Assembly: GCA_039928335.1 (NCBI GenBank)
Contig: JBDSTJ010000633.1
Coordinates: 1-36,081 of the forward strand
Length of the DNA stretch: 36,081 bases
DNA from: Streptosporangiaceae bacterium
GTDB lineage: Bacteria > Actinomycetota > Actinomycetes > Streptosporangiales > Streptosporangiaceae
Direction: 5' to 3'
How positions within the stretch are numbered: the first letter of the stretch is position 1; each line of letters opens with the position of its first letter. Below, piece by piece: positions 34,726 to 36,081 of this stretch. Made by a program: the position numbers and the translations under genes. The notes below the pieces were generated by a model. That model had not been told where the DNA came from, did not search any database, and saw only the letters and a list, made by a program, of their open reading frames with translations.

Positions 34726-36081
34726 TGAGGCGCGGCACCCAGAACGCCCGGGCAGGGCTCACGGTCGCGTCGGTCATCGCGGCTCTGGGCCTGGTGCCCG
34801 CCGGAGCGGGGGCGCTGCCGACGGCACCGGTTCCCGTGGCCGGGGACTGGGCCGTCGCCGGGCAGAACCAGGCCAACACCCGCTACGCGGCCACCGAGAC
34901 CCTGATCTCACCCGCGAACGTCGGCCGGCTCAGGGCCCGCTGGACCGCGACCCTCGCCGGTAACGTCGCCGCGACGCCGACGGTCTCGCTCGGCACCGTC
35001 TTCGTCCCGGACTACGGCGGGAAACTCTCGGCCGTCGACGCACTCACCGGAACCGTCCGATGGCAACGGCCGATCTCCGACTACAGCGGGGTGGCAGGGG
35101 ACATCTCGCGGACCAGCCCGGCGATCTACGGCAGCACCCTGATCTTCGGAGACGGGGTCTCCAGCCAGCAGAGCACCGGCGGCGCCCGCGTCATGGCCGC
35201 CGGTCGCACGGCCGGGACCCCGCTGTGGAACACGATCATCGACGCTGATCCCGCCGCGATGGTGACGACGTCACCGGTCGTCGACGGCAACACCGTGTAC
35301 GTCGGCACCGCAAGCCGCACCGAGTTCGGAGCCCCAGGGGCTCCGCGGATGCGCGGCAGCGTCGTCGCCCTGAACGCCGCCACCGGGACCGTCCTGTGGC
35401 GGCGGTACATGGCCCCCGCCGGATACACCGGCAACGCCGTGTGGGGGAGTTCGTTCGTCGTCGACCACACCACCGGCCGCCTGTTCGTGACGACCGGCAA
35501 CAACTACACCGTCCCCGACGGCATCTGCACCATGCCCGGCCAGCAGGACTGCCGGCAGGGGCCCGCCGACAACTACACCGACGCGGTCGTCGCGCTGAAC
35601 CTCCGAACCGGTGCGGTGGAGTGGGCGTTCAAGACCCTCACCGCCGACGTCGGCACCGGGGAATGCGACCAGTGCGGTCCGGACTTCGACTTCGGGTCCT
35701 CCCCCAACCTCTACCAGGTCACGGACAACGGCCAGATCCGCACCCTCCTGGGCGTGGGCCAGAAGAGCGGCATCTACTGGGCCCTGGACCCCGCCACCGG
35801 CCGGGAGGTGTGGCACACCGAAGTCGGCCCCGGCAGCGACCTCGGCGGAATCGAGTGGGGCTCGGCCACCGACGGCCGCAGGATCTACGTCGCCATCGGC
35901 AACGCCGAACACGAGGAGTACGACATCGTCGGCGCCGACGGCACCACCACCACGACCGACGGCGGATCCTGGGCGGCCCTGGACGCCGTCACCGGCCGGA
36001 AACTCTGGCAGGTCGCCGACCCCTACGGCACCCTCGACGTCGGCTTCGTCAGCGCGGCAAACGGCGTCGTCTACACCGGCG
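34725..36081 (+). CDS. Secreted PQQ-type beta-propeller dehydrogenase (PVA-dehydrogenase-like), 3' end outside window
   Basis: Manual translation from ATG 34725: signal peptide, DWAVAGQNQANTRY..ISPANVGRL..W, RGSVVALNAATG, GNAVWGS, TTGNNY, PDFDFGSSPN, GQKSGIYWALDP, GGIEWG. Not in the ORF track (no stop). Confidence 0.85.
   Translation, partial: MRRGTQNARAGLTVASVIAALGLVPAGAGALPTAPVPVAGDWAVAGQNQANTRYAATETLISPANVGRLRARWTATLAGNVAATPTVSLGTVFVPDYGGKLSAVDALTGTVRWQRPISDYSGVAGDISRTSPAIYGSTLIFGDGVSSQQSTGGARVMAAGRTAGTPLWNTIIDADPAAMVTTSPVVDGNTVYVGTASRTEFGAPGAPRMRGSVVALNAATGTVLWRRYMAPAGYTGNAVWGSSFVVDHTTGRLFVTTGNNYTVPDGICTMPGQQDCRQGPADNYTDAVVALNLRTGAVEWAFKTLTADVGTGECDQCGPDFDFGSSPNLYQVTDNGQIRTLLGVGQKSGIYWALDPATGREVWHTEVGPGSDLGGIEWGSATDGRRIYVAIGNAEHEEYDIVGADGTTTTTDGGSWAALDAVTGRKLWQVADPYGTLDVGFVSAANGVVYTG

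Larger units (their letters stand above)
13600..36081. mobile_element. Accessory/genomic island downstream of tRNA-Leu (right end not seen)
   Basis: Abrupt switch from core genes to transposase and recombinase-like genes, metal-resistance cargo and several pseudogenes. No tRNA 3' duplication found in the window. Confidence 0.7.

Overview
High-GC actinomycete DNA, probably Streptosporangiales-like (inference). 1-13.5 kb is the conserved oriC-proximal cell-wall/division cluster: LbH acyltransferase, ppiA, rhomboid, a DnaA-box cluster, crgA, class E sortase, a small membrane protein, trpG/pabA, pknB-pbpA-rodA-pstP-fhaB-fhaA and tRNA-Leu(CAG). Two normally intact members, DUF881 and pknA, appear only as remnants. 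An accessory island starts right after the tRNA terminator. It opens with an unusual mobility module: a 605-aa DDE-type transposase coupled to a tyrosine-recombinase-fold gene lacking most catalytic residues, a divergent XRE HTH and a second degenerate recombinase paralogue. Metal/sulfur-stress cargo follows (broken arsC and tusA, ArsR-rhodanese, CDF, ArsR-SRPBCC, MarR, methyltransferases). Next is a copper block in which a BlaI/CopY repressor plus M56 peptidase appears to control an NlpC/P60 hydrolase and a Cu-ATPase through three copies of a 17-bp operator. The window ends with a secreted PHM-like copper monooxygenase coupled to a PQQ-type beta-propeller dehydrogenase. All family calls come from motif recognition by eye; no database search was run.
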